Source: Hypanus sabinus
Lineage: Eukaryota
Length of the DNA: 64,000 bases
Direction of reading: 5' to 3'
Assembly: GCF_030144855.1 (NCBI RefSeq)
Contig: NC_082714.1
Location: 94,364,001-94,428,000, forward strand
Shown: positions 1 to 11,859 of the stretch, piece after piece
Numbering within the stretch: the first letter of the stretch is position 1
Layout: each line of letters starts with the position of its first letter
Program-made: the position numbers and the translations under genes
The notes under the pieces: generated by a model
Database searches by the model: none
What the model saw: only the letters and a program-made list of their open reading frames with translations
Told to the model about the DNA's origin: nothing

Positions 1-1612
1 GCGACATTGGAGGATGACAGGAAGGTGGAATTGGTGATTGTTGCTAAACGATTAAATTTCTCGGCGGTGAAATCGTCGATGCGAAAGTGGGAGACACAAA
101 GAGCAATAGCCATGCATTATGTATCCAAGGGTGTGTTCCACATCGATGCACTGGACTTGTTCCCTGAGATGAAATCAGCCGACGGTGAGGTTCCGTTAGA
201 GATAGAAAAAATAAGGTTGGCTGAGAAGGAGAAGGAGATGCAACATGCACTTCAGATGAGGCAGATGAAAGCAGAGGAGGAAGAAAGGAAAGTTGAAAGG
301 AAGAAGCTGGAGTGGGAGGAGGAAGAGAAACAACGGCAGTTCGAGAGGGAGAAATGGCAACATGTGGGTAGCGGCGCAGACAGAGAGGAGAAGTTCAATG
401 TTAGTAGGGTGATTAGGCCAGTACCTCCGTTCGAGGAGACGGATGTTGATAGGTACTTCTTGCATACTGAAAAGGTGGCAGTGAATCAAAAGTGGCCCAG
501 AGATCAGTGGGTGGCGTTGTTACATCGTGTATTAAAAGGGAAGGCTCAACGGGCATACCAGTCCTTTAGGGTCAGATGGAATTGGTTCAGTGAAGAAAGG
601 GTTAATCTTGGTACCAGTGGAAAGTAAGAATTCTCAGTTGATTGTGTTAGAAGGTGTGTTAAAAGTTAGTGAGGAGATGAAAGCCGGTGAGGTGAATATT
701 ATTAAAGGAGAAGGGAAAGGTGTTGTTCCTAAATTGAATAAAGAATATTTAAAGTCTGGATTGGTTTTAGAAGCAGTAACCCGGCTGAAGGAACAATGGC
801 TTGTTAACAAGGTGCCTGTGAATCAATTACTGTTTGTTTTGTAATGTAAAGGTAAACAACTCATTGATGTTATTCAAGGAAGTGATTTGGAGACAGAACC
901 AAAAGTGTTGTTTTAACAAAGAGGGATCAATTGCAGATGTTAAACTTTAAACTGCTAGAATGAAGGGTCCTGAAGTTAAAGTTAATGACTTGCTCAAAAA
1001 TAATTGTGTGGAAGTTCAGAAAATGGGCTTAGTTTGGAAAACATCGGTGATAAGATAGCACTTATGAAATGAGTTTGTGAAGGCCCATTCCACACTGGTA
1101 AGCAAGCTAACCACGTGAGGGTTAAGTGGAAAAGGGACAAAGGTTGACCAAATGTCACGTTGAATAACAAGATCTGGTTTTCAGGGAATTTGATAAAGCA
1201 TGTGAAAGATAAAAACACCATGGAAGATTGACTGTTAAGTTTAAAAGTAAAATAGAGAATAGTATTTGCACAAACTTCTGTAATGTACCACAGTATAATC
1301 ACACATGTATTGGTTCACACTTTGTAATATACACTTAAGCTAAGATTACAACCCTTGGTATTCTTGGCTAACATGAAAAATAAAAACAGGTTAATAAGTT
1401 GGAGTCTGATGCTACAGGAATTTGATATTAAGATACAACATATTAAAGGGAGTAACAATGTAATCGGTGATTGATTGTCTAGATGCTAAGTTGAATGTAT
1501 ATCTTATTATCTTTGTAGTTAAAAACACTTCTGTATCTTGTTAGATTCTGTAATTCTGTAAGACGCTGTATTAGTTCATTTTCAACGGTGAAAATTTTAA
1601 GAAGGATGGGGG
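1..1612 (+). mobile_element. Ty3/Gypsy (Gmr1-like) LTR retrotransposon, internally deleted: gag/SCAN-like fragment and RNase H C-terminus
   Basis: ORF 7-627 has a coiled-coil followed by VPPFEETDVDRYF..EKVA..KWP..QW..LL..L.GKA..AY, typical of Gypsy gag before a SCAN domain. About 1330-1490 reads as a degraded RNase H end (NPLVFL..MKNKNRL..WSL.LQEFD..IQHIKG..N....LSR). A purine tract (AAGAAGGATGGGGG) precedes TG at 1613. Confidence 0.8.
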
Positions 1613-2588
1613 TGTTACGAAGTATGAACAACTCTGATGGGCAGAAGGGTGCAGAGTTGCCCATGTCCCCCCCTCCTTGGGATAATCACAAGCCGTTACT
1701 GTTGCTAGGCTGCTAATAAGAGAGAGAGATGTAAGGGAAACCATGCTGGAACTGGAACATTTGCTACAGATAAGAGAGAGATAAAGCAGGGGAGCTAGAC
1801 GTGCTGATTCACCATATTATGACTTCTGAAAGACTTATGGCTTCTGAGAGGGTTGTTTATCTTGTACCATTCTGTTCATTAAAATTCCTCAGTGGACAGC
1901 CGGAGTGGGCTGGTTTGATGGGCACAGCCGTTCAAAATTGATGGACAACTGAGTAGGGATAAAAGTGAGGTCTGGGGAGGCAACCCTCGGACACACCAGG
2001 AGACACCCTATTGAGCACTGATTGAGTGTTGATACCCACGGGAAGGTGTGGGGCATCGGAGACCGAACAATGAGATCGGTCAGTTTAACTCACAGTTTTA
2101 TAGCACGGCCGGTGGGAGCTTGTGTGTGTGTCCACTCATGCCAGAGTGACGAGTCCACCACAGAAGAACGGTCTAGCTAAAGGACAAAGAGGTCATACCG
2201 GAATGGCCACAACAGAACGACGGATCAAGAACGTAAAGGAAGGTTTGCCTGCCTGTAGCTGTTACTGCTCGCTCTCGCTCTCTCTCTCTCTGCAGCGATT
2301 ACAACACAACAACCAACATCTACCTCAGCACGTATGAACTTAACTGAACTTTATATTCACATATGATAATTCGTTATCCCCTAGACATCGATACAGCTTG
2401 TTTATTATTGATTATTATTATACCCACATTTTTATGTTTATTATTACTAACGTGTCTTATCTATATATTTGCATTATTTATATCGATTTGTCTATTTTAC
2501 TAATAAACACTTTTGAAAATAGTACCACCAGACTCCAATGGATACTTCTTTCTCTGCTGGTCAGACACCCAGTTACGAGGTACGTAAA
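1613..2588 (+). mobile_element. 3' LTR of the Gypsy remnant
   Basis: Starts TGTTACG immediately after the polypurine tract and ends near ...GGTACGTAA(A)A, a degenerate match to a ...GTAACA terminus. The right boundary is approximate. Confidence 0.65.
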
Positions 2589-3949
2589 AATAACTAGACC
2601 ATAGGTTTCCATAACCTTCCCTCCAAGTAGTTATCCATTTTTTTCTTAAATGCAAACATTGACCTGCATCCAGCACATCCGCAGGGAACTCTTCCCACAT
2701 CATTCTTTGAGTAAAGAAGTTTCCCCTCATGTTCCCCTTAAACATTTCACTATTTACTCTTATGCCATGAACTCTAGTTGTAGTCTCACGCAACATCATG
2801 TCGAAAAAAATCCAGCTTGTATTTACCCTAGCTAGATCCCGCTGCAGTGGCGTGGCAGGAGGCATGAAGACAGTCAGAAATGCTACTATAAATATGTAAG
2901 AAAACGCATATAAATGGATTGAACTTGGATGAATTCCACACTGTGAATGAGAGCACCAGAAAATATGTACAAACGTTTGTAAATGAAGCGTCCATTATAA
3001 CGATTATAGATAAAATATACGAGAGCGCTAAGGAAGCCATCGCTCCTTTGGGGCAAGGTGAAAAACATAGAAGATATAGTCACACACAGGACATACAGGC
3101 ACAAAATATATTTATTATCACAAGCCTCTGAGTGGCCTGGCCTTAAAATTGATAAGTTGACTAGAATAGGAGGTGGATACTTCTGTAGGACAGTAGAATG
3201 TTACTGTAAGTTTTATGAAAAAAACAATCCCTGCTATAAATATGTGAAACAGAAGCGATAAAATTCATTTTTACTACTGATAATGAAGACATCTGGATAC
3301 CACTGGGCACAGATCACGGAACGTGAACAAGTACGATAAAAGAGAATGACGGAAACGGGTTGCTGACCATCATTTCAGGATTCATTGAGTCAAAAGAAAG
3401 GAGGTTCATTGCACAGATGTAGGACTAGATCAATAAGATTCATAGAGTGCAGAGAAAATTTACAAGGATGGTGATGGTACTTAAGGACCTGGCTTAAATC
3501 TGAAAGGTAACAGGAGGGGGTGGACTTCTTCAGGCAGAGGCTGGACAAAGTGTGGATCAAGCTCTTAGCAGAAATGGTTGATGCAGTTTGACTTCAATAT
3601 TTAAGCGAAAACTGGATAGACACATATATGGGAGGGCTATGCCCTCGGTAATGTCAACGTGACTAGGCAACATAACAGTTCAACATGGACAAGTGGGTCG
3701 GATGACCTGCTCCGTGCTGCATTGGTCTTTGACTATGACTCCATGATTCGAATGAGAGCACAACTGAAATATTGCTCTTAGGTCCAATTTTCGCTGTTTT
3801 AAGAGGACATGCAAGCGATCGAGATGGAGTCATTGAATCGTGCAGTAACCGACGACAGTCCAATTTATTTATATACAGAGATAAAGAGCGAAATAGGCTA
3901 TTTCCGGCCTTTCTAGCCGCACCGACAAACGCTTTACTCCTGATTTAAA

Positions 3950-4150
3950 GAGTCTAATCATGGATCAAATAACAATGACTAATTAACCTTCGAAACCAAA
4001 CGTCTTTGGACTAGAAAAATAAAACAGATAACCTGGAGAAAACTCACGCATTCCCCGGCGAGAACGTCCAGTCTCCTTACAGATGTCGTTGGTATTGAAC
4101 CCCGAACTCTGACGCCTTGAGATGTAATTTCGTCGCGCTAATCGCTATTT
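3950..4150 (-). mobile_element. tRNA-derived V-SINE (HE1-like) fragment
   Basis: The reverse strand has a tRNA-like head (..TAGCG..GAGTTCGGGGTTCAATACC) followed by a V-domain-like CGTTCTC..GAGTTTTCTCCAGGT..CCAAAGACG. Confidence 0.6.
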
Positions 4151-4509
4151 CGCAATACCTTTGCAATGCATGTACCTGTCTAATTAAATGGTGTTACTCT
4201 GAGTGCATCTACCAGCTCCTCTTACAGTACGTTCCATATGCGTACAGTCCTCTATTGAAAAAATTGCCCCACATAACGTTTTTAACAAAATTCTTTATTC
4301 GCCTTTAACACATGTCCTGCAGTTCTTCGTTTACGAATCCCGGGCAAGGAAGACTCGCCTTCACCACATGTGTGCTCCTTACGATTTGTAAACAGTTCTG
4401 TTAGAATACTCCTTATTTTCATACGCTCCAAGGAATAAATTCCGAAAAGACCCAATCTATCCTTATTACTCAATCCCTGGAGTCATCGCAACATTCGCAT
4501 AAATTGTCA

Positions 4510-5130
4510 TTCATTTATAGAGGACTAGAATATAAAAGCAAGATCGTCGTGTTGAGTCCTTATAAAGTGTTGTGAGGCCCCACTTGGAGTATTATGAGAT
4601 GTTCTGGGCCCCTTATCTTAGAAAGGGTGTGCTGAAATTGGAGAGGGCTTAGAGGAGTTAAACGAGAGTTATTCTAGGATGGCTTGTATGTCTTGTTAAA
4701 TGAAAGGCGTTTCATGGCTCTGGACTTTATTGACGAGAATTCAGAAGAATGAGTGGTGACCTCACTGAAGTTGAAATGCCTTGATAATGTGGATGTGGAG
4801 AGGATGTTTCCTGTGGTGGGACAGTTTAAGACCAGAGGAGACAGCCTCAGAATATAAGTGTTTCTTTTTAGAACAGAATTGAAGAAGAATTTCTTTTGCC
4901 AGAGGTGGCGAATCTGGATTTCTTTGCCACAGGCAGCTGTGGAGGTGAAGTCTTTATGTGTTCTATATTTAACGCAGAGGTTGATAGATTCTTGATTAGT
5001 AGGGGTATGAAGGTATACAGGAGAAAACTGGAGACTGGGGCTGAGGAAAATTGAATCAGCGATAATGAAATGGCCGAGCAGGCTCGATGGGGCAAATTGC
5101 TTAATTCTCCTCCTATATCCTATGTTCTAA
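4510..5130 (+). mobile_element. CR1-type LINE, RT C-terminal fragment and 3' UTR
   Basis: Degraded YK..VRPHLEY...FWAPYLRK..LKLERA motif, then the characteristic AGAAGAATTTCTT...GTGGCGAATCTG tail. Confidence 0.75.
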
Positions 5131-6457
5131 ATATTTACTGTGCACTTTCCAAATTAATGTAATTTTTCCAATAGCAGGTAATCAATACAAAAGACATTAT
5201 TTCAAATTCGGCATTCCAACGTCTAACGCACTAGTAAAATTGCATCCCAGCATCGAAATTGAGGTGCCCTAACCGGCGAAGGCTGTCGTACAAAAGGCTT
5301 CCGCACCAACCTGCATACCAGTGACGCCACTTTCAGGGATAAATAATTGGATAATTAATGCAGTAGAGTAAGCGATAAGCCCCATGAGTGACAAGCAAGA
5401 AGGCATGAATATCCATCGACTGAATCGAATATCTTGTCTTATTTTGCCTTGGCGCGTACTACTTCGCAATTAACCTGGTGAGGAAGGTATAAATTCTTAG
5501 AGTGCTGGTACGCGGCAAGTGCATTATCTTGTGATGTTGTTGACTTTCCCCAGAGCAGTGGGAGCTGGTAGAGGCAAGTGGAGAGTTTTGTTTGGAGAGT
5601 CTTCGATGCATCTCATACGTGTCATTGGTCTTTGCACACATCCGTCCAGACTCCTGAACCAGCGTAGACAACTGCAATCACCTTAATACTAAATTGATTC
5701 CACAACCTATGGATTCACACTGAAGGATTCTAGAACTCATGTTCTCAATTCTATCTATACATCTATCCAACAAGCTGCCTATCAATTTATTTATATTTAT
5801 TTATTTATTCTTTATTTATCTATTTTGATTAGTTATCCATCTATTTATGTATGCTATATTTGTTTTGTTTGTTTCTGTCTGCACAACGTGTCTTCTTTTG
5901 TATCTTATTTCTTTCTCCGTCTTTGAATTTACTTTTTCGTTGATTCCATTGCATTTCTTTATATTTTCTGTGAATGTCTACAAGACAATGAATTACAGGG
6001 TAGTATATGATGACGTGTACGCACTCTGATAGTAAATTTACGTCAAACGTTGAACTTCATGAGCCCTAACCTTTGATAACGGTCTAATTTTTTAAAAAAA
6101 CTCAATGTAATGAATCGAATCTTTTCTGCTCAGTACTCACCACTGGATATTTTCGGTGAAATACTCAACAAAGTAGATCAGGCGTGGTATTTGGATGTCA
6201 GGGGATCATTGGTCAGGTCCGTTGCTGTTGAAAGTGGCCATTGCGTGACAATAATGCTAGTCCTACTTGCCCTGTCACCATTTTCATAGTCTTGTTCCAT
6301 GCCTTAATGTCTCACTGAGGAAAAAGTGAAATGAATCAGCTGTAACTTTTCAACTGAAATATCTGTAAATGGCGACTGTCCATTTCCCTGCATAATTGCT
6401 TGCTGACCTGTCCTCTGGAAGGTCAATCTCCGCCCCCCTCCGAACCTGGAGATTACA

Positions 6458-6465
6458 ATTTGCAA
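6458..6465 (+). promoter_or_regulatory. Octamer-like motif ATTTGCAA upstream of the light-chain leader
   Basis: One mismatch from the IgL octamer ATTTGCAT, about 95 bp upstream of the ATG at 6557. A CRE-like TTACGTGA and an AT-rich box follow. The position fits, but the motif is short and imperfect. Confidence 0.35.
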
Positions 6466-6556
6466 ACGTTGGAACCGGAGCAGCTTACGTGATTGCAGAA
6501 CAGCGCAAGGTTTCGTCGGAATATTAGGCGCTCGCTGAGTACTCTTGTCCAGAAGA

Positions 6557-6604
6557 ATGTCCCCTGAGTTACATCTCCCGTGGCTCTGCTGCTACATTTA
6601 CCAG
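6557..6604 (+). pseudogene. IGL: Ig light chain cluster 1, leader exon (frameshifted)
   Basis: ATG at 6557 and donor CCAG|GTGAGA at 6604/6605. The 3' part reads SPVALLLHLP(G) in phase 1, but the exon is 48 nt instead of 3n+1, implying a frameshift. Confidence 0.7.
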
Positions 6605-6748
6605 GTGAGAATCCGCTTGGTGTGGGAACTGATTTCCTGTTAAAATAGTCATTACAGCTGACTTATTTATATTTTCCTCGTATTCAGTGATTGATGATCC
6701 CTCTGTTAGTTTCACATCACCCAGTGGTTTTATTGTGCGATACTGCAG

Positions 6749-7070
6749 GTGTCCCGAGAACCGCAGTCCTTAGACAGATCCAAATATCCAGTCCTGTCTC
6801 TGCTGGACAAACCTTCCTATCAGAGTGCCGGATGCACAACAGCAAAGTTGGAAGTCACGATATAAGCTGCTACCGACAGCGTCCTGAAGCGGGTCTTAGT
6901 ACATGCGACGGGCAATGGAATATATCCAGGAGTAGGGATCACAAACCGCTTCCAGCAACAGTCACATCTTCATGATGGGCAGTTTGGGACCCGTTGTTCC
7001 GCCGTCTATTACTGTGGGATGTGGGATAATGCATATATCTTCGGTGCAGCCACTGTCCTGGACATAAAGA
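6749..7070 (+). pseudogene. IGL: Ig light chain cluster 1, germline-joined VJ exon, elasmobranch type I (NS5/sigma-cart/lambda-2), disabled
   Basis: Acceptor TACTGCAG| and donor AAGA|GTAAGT. Reads AVLRQIQISSPVSAGQTFLSECRMHNSKVGSHDISCYRQRP ... YYCGMWDNAYIFGAATVLDIK. Defects: the conserved Trp is Cys, and there are 11, 20 and 1 nt deletions relative to the paralogue/consensus. No RSS lies between V and J. Confidence 0.9.
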
Positions 7071-7569
7071 GTAAGTGACTCCTTCACTCTGTTATACACA
7101 ATTCCTATTTCAGTCACTTTCATTCCCCACAGCTGGATAAAACGCCGTCCAGGAAAGGTTGATTATATATCTGCACTGAAGGTGGTTCGATCTGTCTCAG
7201 TTTGGCACAGGAAGCCATTCATCCCATCGAGTCAGCCACAACAATCATAATACTGATCGCTTTAATTGCGAACACATTTTTGTTGGACGCTTTTGATCTA
7301 TCTCAGTGAGCCCCGTGCGATTTAGCATTAGCATTGTTTTATTATTGCCAATTTTGGAAGATACAACAAAAAGCTTGTCTTGCAAGTGCAGTACAAGTAC
7401 ATAAGCTGCAATACACAAGGATGTAGATTGTGAGGTCAATAGTGCATCTTATCACAACATAGAACCACTTCATGGCCCTGTTACCCAGAGGTACCTCTAA
7501 GTCATCCAACTAAACCAATCCCTGCTGCCTGCATATACTTTATATACCTCCTTTCTCTGCACATTCATG

Positions 7570-8510
7570 TGTCCATCTAGCAACACACACAAATTCTGGT
7601 GGAACGCAGCAGGCCAGGCAGCATCTATCGGGAGAAGCACTGTAGATGTTTCGGGCCGAGACGTTTCGTCAGGACTAACTGATAGGAAATATAGTAAGAG
7701 ATTTTAAAGTATGAGGGGGAGGAGAAAATGCGAAATGATAGGAGAAGACTGGAGGGGGTGGGGTGAAGCTGAGAGCCAGAAAGGTGATTGGCAAAAGGGA
7801 TACAGAGCTAGAGAAGGGAGAGGATCATGGGACGGGAGGCCTAGGGAGAATGAAAGGGGAAGGGGTGCACCAGAGAAGTTGGAGAACAGGCAGAGTGATG
7901 GGCAGAGAGCGAGAGAGAGAGAGAGAGAGAGAAAAGGGGAGGGGGAAAAACAAAAATGACAACTAAATATATCAGGGATAGGGTAAGACGGGGAGGAGGG
8001 GCATTAGAGAAGTCAATGTTCATGCCATCAGGTTGCAGGCTACCCACCCGGTATGTAAGGTATTGTTCCTCCAACCTGAGTGTGGCTTCATCTTGACAGT
8101 AGAGGAGGCCATGGATAGACATATCATAATGGGAATGGGACGTGGAATTAAAATGTGTGGTCAATGGGATATCCTGCTTTCTCTGGCAGACCGAGCGTAG
8201 GTGTTCAGCGAAAGGATCCCAGTCTGCGTCGGGTCTCACCAATGTATAAAAGGCCACACCGGGAGCACCGGACGCAGTATACCACACCAGTCGACTCACA
8301 GGTGAAGTGTCACCTCACCTGGAAGGACTGTCTGGCGACCTGAATGGTGGTGAGGGAGGAAGTGTAAGGGCAGGTGTAGCACTTGCAAGGGTAAGTGCCA
8401 GGCGGGAGGTCAGTGGGAAGGGATGGGGGATGGGTGAATGGACAAGGGAGTAGGGAGCTATCCCTGCGGAAAGCAGAAAAGGGGGAGTGGTGGAGGAAAA
8501 GATGTGCTGT
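7570..8510 (-). mobile_element. Penelope-like element fragment (GIY-YIG endonuclease C-terminus plus terminal repeat) in the J-C intron
   Basis: The reverse strand reads GLLYIGETRRRLG (frameshift) FAEHLRSV...HFNSTSHSH.DMSIHGLLYCQDEATLRLEEQ.L.YR.GSLQPDGMNIDFSN. A hammerhead-like terminal motif is at 7640-7677. Confidence 0.8.
7640..7677 (-). ncRNA. Degenerate minimal hammerhead ribozyme motif of the Penelope-like element
   Basis: Reverse strand: UAGUC-CUGACGA-AACGUCUCGGCCC-GAAA-CAUC-UACAG. The core boxes are intact; stems I and II carry mismatches. Confidence 0.55.
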
Positions 8511-8945
8511 GTCCGTCTAACAGCTTTTTAAACATCCCTGTCGTATCTGCCTTCTCCACTCAGGCAACGCGGTCCATGCACCCATCACTCCGTATAAAAA
8601 ATAAAAAGGAATAGAACATGTTCATTAAATACTTCACTTCTCGATTTAGATTTCTGCCCTAGGGAAAAATATTTACTGATATTATCGCTAATGTTACAGT
8701 ATGTACCCCATACTGTTCATACATAAATTAGGTAAACTTACTTCACCACAAGCAAGTCATCCACCCTTCTCTCTTTCTCTCTACATTCTACAACTCTGCG
8801 GAAGTGTTTGGCATGAATATTTCACAATATATTTGGGTGCGGTAAATCCTGGGACCACAGGGCAGGGTATTCATTGCTTCCAGTTAACAGAATTCGCAGG
8901 TGTGATAAAGAGCCGCAATATTATTATCTCCTCTCTCACACACGG

Positions 8946-9272
8946 GCAGCGAGTCCCGGAAGTCATCGGTTCTTCTGCTCATTCCTTCCACGGAGGAGAC
9001 GGGCTTGCGTTCGGCCACTCCGTCGTATGAGGTGAGCGGATTTAAGCTGGGCTTGGTAGCGTTGCGCTGGAGCGTGGAGGGAGACGAAACGGAGAGCGGG
9101 GTAACGACAGGTGCTGTGTCCACACACTAACCAGACCTACCGGCTGAACAGTTACATGCGGATACCCGCCGCTACATGGAACTAGGGCTCGAGCTATTCC
9201 TGCAGTGTGAGCCACAGCTCGCTGAGATAGCCTCTACGCAATGCCATCTCTTCGTCCGCCTGTGAGCAATGA
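8946..9272 (+). pseudogene. IGL: Ig light chain cluster 1, constant (C1) exon, disabled
   Basis: Reads SSESRKSSVLLLIPSTEETGLRSATPSYEVSGFKLGLVALRWSVEGDETESGVTTGAVST/NQTYRLNSYMRIPAATWN*GSSYSCSVSHSSLR*PLRNAISSSACEQ*. Defects: acceptor CACAG is CACGG, the first Cys is Tyr, a 2-nt deletion, and two TAG stops. The terminal Cys for heavy-chain pairing is retained. Confidence 0.9.
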
Positions 9273-9945
9273 GAGTGTTATGATTGGCAGCACACGGGAA
9301 TAGTTTGCTCTTGTTTAATGAAGTAAAATAATCGTTGGGTTTCTGCAGTCGCCCTGTGCAATGTAATTGTGCAGTAATGTCCGCTTTTGGCAGCAATCAG
9401 AATGTTTAATAATTTCAGAATTAATATCTTGCAGCATTGTCCTCTCTGTACTCAGTCTGAGCTTCCGCTGTTCGAATCGGAAGAGCCCTCCCATGTTGTC
9501 ATGAATTTTGTGTAACACATCTCTTGATAAAGAGAAAAAAAAGCAGTGGTGGGTTTGTCGTGGCCTCTCTTTACTCGTCTGTGCGCAGTGCCTTTGGGGA
9601 GTAGTGGATTGGTAGCGGATAATGTGCCTTATAGGAGCCTGAAAGAGAATTACAGTCCCATCCGCTCAGGCATCTCATTTCGTCCTATCGATCATTGTAT
9701 CGCATGTGGGCACGTCTGTTCTTTATTTCCAAACACCCCTGTGTGACGGAGGTCAACATTCTCATTGCTTGTTGGCCACATTGATACCGCCAATGGGGAT
9801 GTTACTCTGCAAAGATATTTCCCCATTCCTTGGTAATTCACTCCATCTAAGGTCATTGATTGTTTTAGTTTCTCCACAAAGGCCAACGGCCTCATTTTCC
9901 GCCCAGACACCACGCTCACCCTATCCCTTCCGACCCCGAGACACA

Positions 9946-9947
<2 letters not shown>

Positions 9948-9983
<36 letters not shown>
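9948..9983 (+). repeat. (CA)n microsatellite, homologous in position to the one at 63158-63238
   Basis: Direct reading. Both arrays end the sequence shared by the two light-chain clusters. Confidence 0.9.
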
Positions 9984-9984
<1 letters not shown>

Positions 9985-10559
9985 TATTATCATCACCATC
10001 ATCATCTCTCCCACTGTCTCACTCCGACTATCCCAGAATTTCAGAATTGTAATCGAATGGACAATTTTTAAATCCTTAAATTCATCGCATGAGAAACAGC
10101 AAATTGGAGGAAGGAATGAACGGCAGCATAGCTAAAATAGTGCTTCTCAAAGATCTTTAAAATACCTCAAGAAAGTACAAGGAAGATCGCTGCTTCCCGG
10201 CAATCTCCACGGTGTATCTCATAAGTACCTGCGAGAAAGGAATAAATGGGTGCACATCCACGTTTATAAGCAGATAAAGGCTTAACAGGCTATTTTGAAG
10301 GAGAATGAGGCTCAAACAAAAGATGCAATGATTATGATTTGGATGATATTTGACAAGTGTGTTTCACTGTGTATTGTATTCCCAGATGCATCCAGTACCG
10401 ATTCTGCAGTTGCAATTATGGCACATGATTGGCACCACCCAGGCAACTTGGGAACTTCGTAAACACAAGAGATTCTGTAGATGCTGGACATTCAGAGCAA
10501 CAAGCACAAAATGCTGCAGGAAAACAGCGGGTCAAGCAGCATCTATAGAAAAGATTAAT

Positions 10560-10597
10560 CAGTCGACGTTTCAGGTCGAGACACTTCATTAGGACTG
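10560..10597 (-). ncRNA. Minimal type I hammerhead ribozyme motif with a G5A core mutation, in a Penelope-derived short repeat (~10480-10680)
   Basis: Reverse strand: CAGUC-CUAAUGA-AGUGUCUCGACCU-GAAA-CGUC-GACUG. Stem I (CAGUC/GACUG) is perfect and the GUC site and ACGU palindrome are intact. Confidence 0.65.
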
Positions 10598-11168
10598 GTG
10601 AAGGCTCTTCGCCCAAAGAATCCACTCTTCTTTGTTCCTTAGATTCTGCCTGCACTGCTGACTTCCTCCAACATTGTGTAAACATCCTTCTTCGTCATTA
10701 ATACTTTTTCGCTTTTGGTTGTGTGGTGTCAACCTGTTCCTGGACTTCCAATAGCCATTACTGCCTATACTAATCCCTCATTTACTGGGGTATATAGATC
10801 AACGTGAGCGGCATTAGAGCAAAACAAATCTTGTTCATAGGATATAAATCAAATGGTAAATCTGGCAAATGACGTCCACACTTGGTTTATTGGATCGATT
10901 AGCATTTTTACGGTGTAAAATATCTTTGAAAATACTGCGTCAGTCAAGCGCAATTTAACGCATTAAAACTCACTAATATATTATCATAAATAGAATATGT
11001 TAAACAGTGAAAGTCCAACTTTATTTTCCACTCTCAGAAAGAAACAGGGTCAAATCGGCGAGATTGTGCTGAGGAGAGGTCGCAAGTTTCACCACGCTCC
11101 CTGTGATAAGATGTACATTTTTATTTACTTATCTATATATCTATCTGTCTACCTACAGTGTGTACCTG

Positions 11169-11331
11169 NNNNNNNNNNNNNNNNNNNNNNNNNNNNNNNN
11201 NNNNNNNNNNNNNNNNNNNNNNNNNNNNNNNNNNNNNNNNNNNNNNNNNNNNNNNNNNNNNNNNNNNNNNNNNNNNNNNNNNNNNNNNNNNNNNNNNNNN
11301 NNNNNNNNNNNNNNNNNNNNNNNNNNNNNNN
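11169..11331. other. Assembly gap (N run)
   Basis: Direct reading. Confidence 1.
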
Positions 11332-11859
11332 GATTCGCGCCAAACAGCGGCCCACCGATTTAAACCTAGCCTAATCAGAGGACAATTTACAATAACCGAT
11401 TAACTTACTAGGTTCAAGAGGGATGCAAGGGATAATTTGCTTTCCTCAGGGACTGGTGGATGTCTGGAATGCGCTGCCTGATATCGTGCTAGATGCTTTT
11501 AAGAGAAATTTGGATAGGCACATGAATGAAAGGAAGATAAAGGTAGATGGACGTAGGGCAGGTTAGAGAGATTACTGCTTGGGTGTGTTACGTTCCGCTG
11601 TTGGCTCTTCTCGAAAGTTGTCGGGGAAGCATAAAAGCAAGTCTCCCCACCCGAAAAACGTATTGTGGCCGAAAAAGTACAAAGCAAGCACAGGCGGTTC
11701 TATTTGCAATATATTTACAATATTTACACGTATTTACAGAAGTGATCGAGAGCAACCAAATCCAATAGAGTATTCCAAAAACCGAGATAAATAACATAAA
11801 AACACAAGTTAGAACACGAAGACTGCAAATTTGCAAATACGGAAACGAGAGTAATTGTT

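Noticed and set aside
10997-11403. ORFs spanning N runs (also near 59931-60161 and 63374-63988)
   Set aside because: Artefacts of translating through assembly gaps.
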